A stretch of 64,000 nt of DNA, taken from contig JAUVXW010000007.1 of NCBI GenBank assembly GCA_030603385.1, positions 32,001 to 96,000 of the forward strand. The letters run 5' to 3'. The DNA is from Promethearchaeota archaeon. GTDB lineage: Archaea > Asgardarchaeota > Lokiarchaeia > Sigyniarchaeales > SOKP01. The position numbers were made by a program, and so were the translations under genes. How positions within the stretch are numbered: the stretch's first letter is position 1; each line of letters begins with the position of its first letter. The notes below the pieces were generated by a model. The model searched no databases. It was not told the DNA's origin and saw only the letters and a list, made by a program, of their open reading frames with translations. Positions 61,311 through 64,000 of the stretch are shown here, piece by piece.

Positions 61311-62849
61311 TCAATATCTATAAATTGAAAATTCTTTATCTAATTTTTTTTTCAGACTTAATGGAAAATTAAATCTATTTGAATACAAGTCAAAAATCAA
61401 ATCATCAATTTTCTTTTGATGGTCTGTGTAATCATAATTTGGATTATATTCTTTATTTCTGATAATCTCATTGACTAATTTTTCAACAATTATTTTTGTT
61501 TCATTATCTGTTGAAATAATAGGTAAAGCCTGGATTCCTGTTATTTGAATACTATTGGTATTATTGATAATTCCTTTAGCTAGGTAATTATATAAAGAAC
61601 TATTCAACAATCCTAACATATATGGGGTTGTAATAGTTTTATCCCTAATTATAAATCCAATAGCTTTATTTGAGTCCCAATAGCATCCTTTTGGCATATA
61701 ACGTGCTGCTAATCTTGAACTTACACCACTAATTATAATACCCTCCTGTTCAAACGGTACATTCACGGGGATATCATAATTTTTTTTAGATTCTTCATCC
61801 CAATCTAATGCTTCTATAATTGGTCTATAATATTGTTCTGCTCCTCCTCTCTTTAAATAAGGCTTCCACCTTATTGATTCAAGGTCTTTTTTTAAAATAA
61901 TTTTATATTTTCGATTTGGATCAGATATTCTCTTATTTCTTCTCTTAAAAACCTCTGCTAATTCTGTTTCTTCAATAGCTGCTATGTATTTCCTATTATT
62001 ATGGGTATGCATTCCAATATATCCTTTCAGATAATTATCTAATTTAGGTGCATTTTCAAATAATTCAATAATTTCTTCTTCAACACCAATAAAAAATATG
62101 TTAAATGGTAAGGAATTATATTTCTTTTGTTCTGTTTCATTGACAATCTTTGGATCTCTGTAATCTTCCTCGCTATTTACTCTAGGAATTATCCTCATTA
62201 TATTTTTTTCCCTGATCTTTTTATTTTTTTGACCTGAGCATTTTGTTAAGATAATAATAGCTGCACTTGTGCTTACATTTTGACTAGAAAACAAATTTTT
62301 TGGTGCTAAAAGAATTTCATTAATCACACAGTTATTGAGAATAAATCTCCTTAGATTTTTATGGGTACTTAGAGTTAAAAATGAATCACTAGTTATAAAA
62401 CCCAATTTTCCACCCTCTTTTAAGCGCCAAATGCTATTTACAATAAACATAGCATATGTTTCATGAGCATTTATTTTCCCGTAAATTTTTCTTAGTTTTA
62501 CTTTGTTTTTACGAACATACGCACTTGCTTTATTTAGATATGGTGGGTTTCCAACAATAAAATCGAACTCATTATACGAATCAGGGTATAAAGCGATAAG
62601 TGTATCCTGTGCTTTAAAGGAAACTCCGAATTTTTCTATCTCTCCTTTAATACTTGCATTTATATCATACGTAAATATCTGGTAACTGTCAATCCCAAAC
62701 TCTATTAATTTATTTACGAAAATACCAGGTCCGACGCAAGGATCCAAAATTTTCTGATATTCTTTAATCTTCCCTAATCTTGAAATTATATATTCTACTG
62801 TTAGAGGAGGAGTAGTAACTACTCCTAAATCCTTCCTATTAAACTTGAT
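61311..62849 (-). CDS. N6-adenine DNA methyltransferase (TaqI/Eco57I-like)
   Basis: LDPCVGPG, VGNPPY, C-terminal target-recognition region. The frame extends upstream of TTG 62747 through DLGVVTTP; start uncertain. Confidence 0.85.
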   Translation of the reverse strand: MKFNRKDLGVVTTPPLTVEYIISRLGKIKEYQKILDPCVGPGIFVNKLIEFGIDSYQIFTYDINASIKGEIEKFGVSFKAQDTLIALYPDSYNEFDFIVGNPPYLNKASAYVRKNKVKLRKIYGKINAHETYAMFIVNSIWRLKEGGKLGFITSDSFLTLSTHKNLRRFILNNCVINEILLAPKNLFSSQNVSTSAAIIILTKCSGQKNKKIREKNIMRIIPRVNSEEDYRDPKIVNETEQKKYNSLPFNIFFIGVEEEIIELFENAPKLDNYLKGYIGMHTHNNRKYIAAIEETELAEVFKRRNKRISDPNRKYKIILKKDLESIRWKPYLKRGGAEQYYRPIIEALDWDEESKKNYDIPVNVPFEQEGIIISGVSSRLAARYMPKGCYWDSNKAIGFIIRDKTITTPYMLGLLNSSLYNYLAKGIINNTNSIQITGIQALPIISTDNETKIIVEKLVNEIIRNKEYNPNYDYTDHQKKIDDLIFDLYSNRFNFPLSLKKKLDKEFSIYRY

Positions 62850-62851
62850 TC

Positions 62852-64000
62852 CTAATCAGCACTCTTAGATTGTTTATTTAAATTAATATCAACTTCATTT
62901 AATAGAATTATATAAAACTGGGAGAGTTTTCTCAAAAGTGTTAAATCTATTTTATCCACATCATCATTAACAGAATGGATATAATTATAAGAGCTCTTAT
63001 CACCATTACCAACTCCTTGGAATTTCTTATTTGCAAGAAATAACCCGTCAGTATATGTACCAATGTAGAACCTTCGTGTTTTTTCTAAACTCATTATATC
63101 TTTATTTTCTAAAATATAATTGTTAGATTTAAAATATTTATTATTAAGGAGACCATGATCCCATAAGACTACTCTTTTAGCAATTGAATCAAAGTTGATT
63201 ATAAAAGTCTTATTTCTATCATAATGCTTAATATTTTTATAAAAATTTCTTATTCCCATAGTACCGGATTCTTCTGCACCCGTAAAAACGAAACATAAAT
63301 CATAATTTTTAAGCCTATTTTCTGGATCCGAATAATATTGTAGAATTTCTAACACGCAGGATATCCCAGAAGCGTTATCTATTGCACCTTTAGATTTATT
63401 ATTAGTGGTATTCAACCAGATTATTACAGTCGTTACACAATTAATAATTAAGATCAAAATAGCAAAAATATACAATAATAAAATATCTTCAAAAAAGACA
63501 AAATAATTGAGTATATTAATTAATAGGCATAAAGGAAAAGAAATTATCCAGATATAATATAATTGGATACGAATTTTTATTGAGAAAGCTTGTCCTTTTG
63601 AGTCTAAATGTGAAAATAAAAAAATATTATTGTCAGAGGTTCTATTCTTAAATTGAGATGGTATATTTACAAATAAATTTTGAGAATGATATTGCCGTCC
63701 TATTTTAAGTTTCTCTGGATTCCTTGTAAGTAAAATTAGAATTAAAATTAATATAAAAATTAGAAACAGATTAACTATCGTAAAAATCGGTTGAATATTT
63801 AAAAATATGACTACAAGGAGCCAACTTAATAATGATAAAGAAATTTTTGGATAGATTCTTGAATAGAATGTACTAAATGAGAATTCTTGAATTTTTGGAG
63901 TAAGATTTAGATCTTCTACTTTCTGTTTAGCTATGTTGAAACTTATTTTTTCAAATTTAGTTCCAGATAATCTTGGAAAAGAGAATTCTTTTAAATTTTT
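62852..64000 (-). CDS. M28 family membrane peptidase (5'-truncated by window)
   Basis: Frame open to the window end: SFPRLSGT, SHLDS, GAIDNASG, GAEE.G, NFDS, IHSVND. Confidence 0.9.
   Translation of the reverse strand, partial: KNLKEFSFPRLSGTKFEKISFNIAKQKVEDLNLTPKIQEFSFSTFYSRIYPKISLSLLSWLLVVIFLNIQPIFTIVNLFLIFILILILILLTRNPEKLKIGRQYHSQNLFVNIPSQFKNRTSDNNIFLFSHLDSKGQAFSIKIRIQLYYIWIISFPLCLLINILNYFVFFEDILLLYIFAILILIINCVTTVIIWLNTTNNKSKGAIDNASGISCVLEILQYYSDPENRLKNYDLCFVFTGAEESGTMGIRNFYKNIKHYDRNKTFIINFDSIAKRVVLWDHGLLNNKYFKSNNYILENKDIMSLEKTRRFYIGTYTDGLFLANKKFQGVGNGDKSSYNYIHSVNDDVDKIDLTLLRKLSQFYIILLNEVDINLNKQSKSAD

Noticed and set aside
1-64000. Selenoprotein genes or SECIS elements
   Set aside because: No in-frame TGA at a conserved Cys position was found; TGA-ending genes look complete.
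1-64000. CRISPR arrays, rRNA, transposases or integrases
   Set aside because: None recognisable by eye; the repeats at 27.9-28.6 kb are coding.

Overview
AT-rich archaeal chromosome segment, most consistent with Asgard archaea (Lokiarchaeia/Promethearchaeota). The assignment rests on archaeal ribosomal proteins, SecY and SelB/SepSecS/tRNA-Sec together with eukaryote-signature-like genes (Vps28, roadblock, uDENN/longin, Yip1, EMC3/TMCO1) and a Loki-type 'EFWGHCSNLQAW' domain protein. Most of the window is housekeeping and metabolism. Five things stand out. (1) The uL11 gene is split by a frameshifting 37-nt insertion that folds into a bulge-helix-loop splice motif, a candidate tRNA-endonuclease-type pre-mRNA intron. 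(2) A giant (>2200 aa, 5'-truncated) acidic protein carries hydrophobic helices and a C-terminal GIY-YIG-like nuclease, followed by a DUF4259-like/LRR gene, a candidate polymorphic toxin-immunity pair. (3) A 186-nt tRNA-like RNA has a perfect acceptor stem and T-arm around an expanded multi-hairpin body. (4) tRNA-Sec, SepSecS and SelB are clustered. (5) At least two genes appear to start at ATT/ATC codons. All calls come from manual reading; no searches were run.
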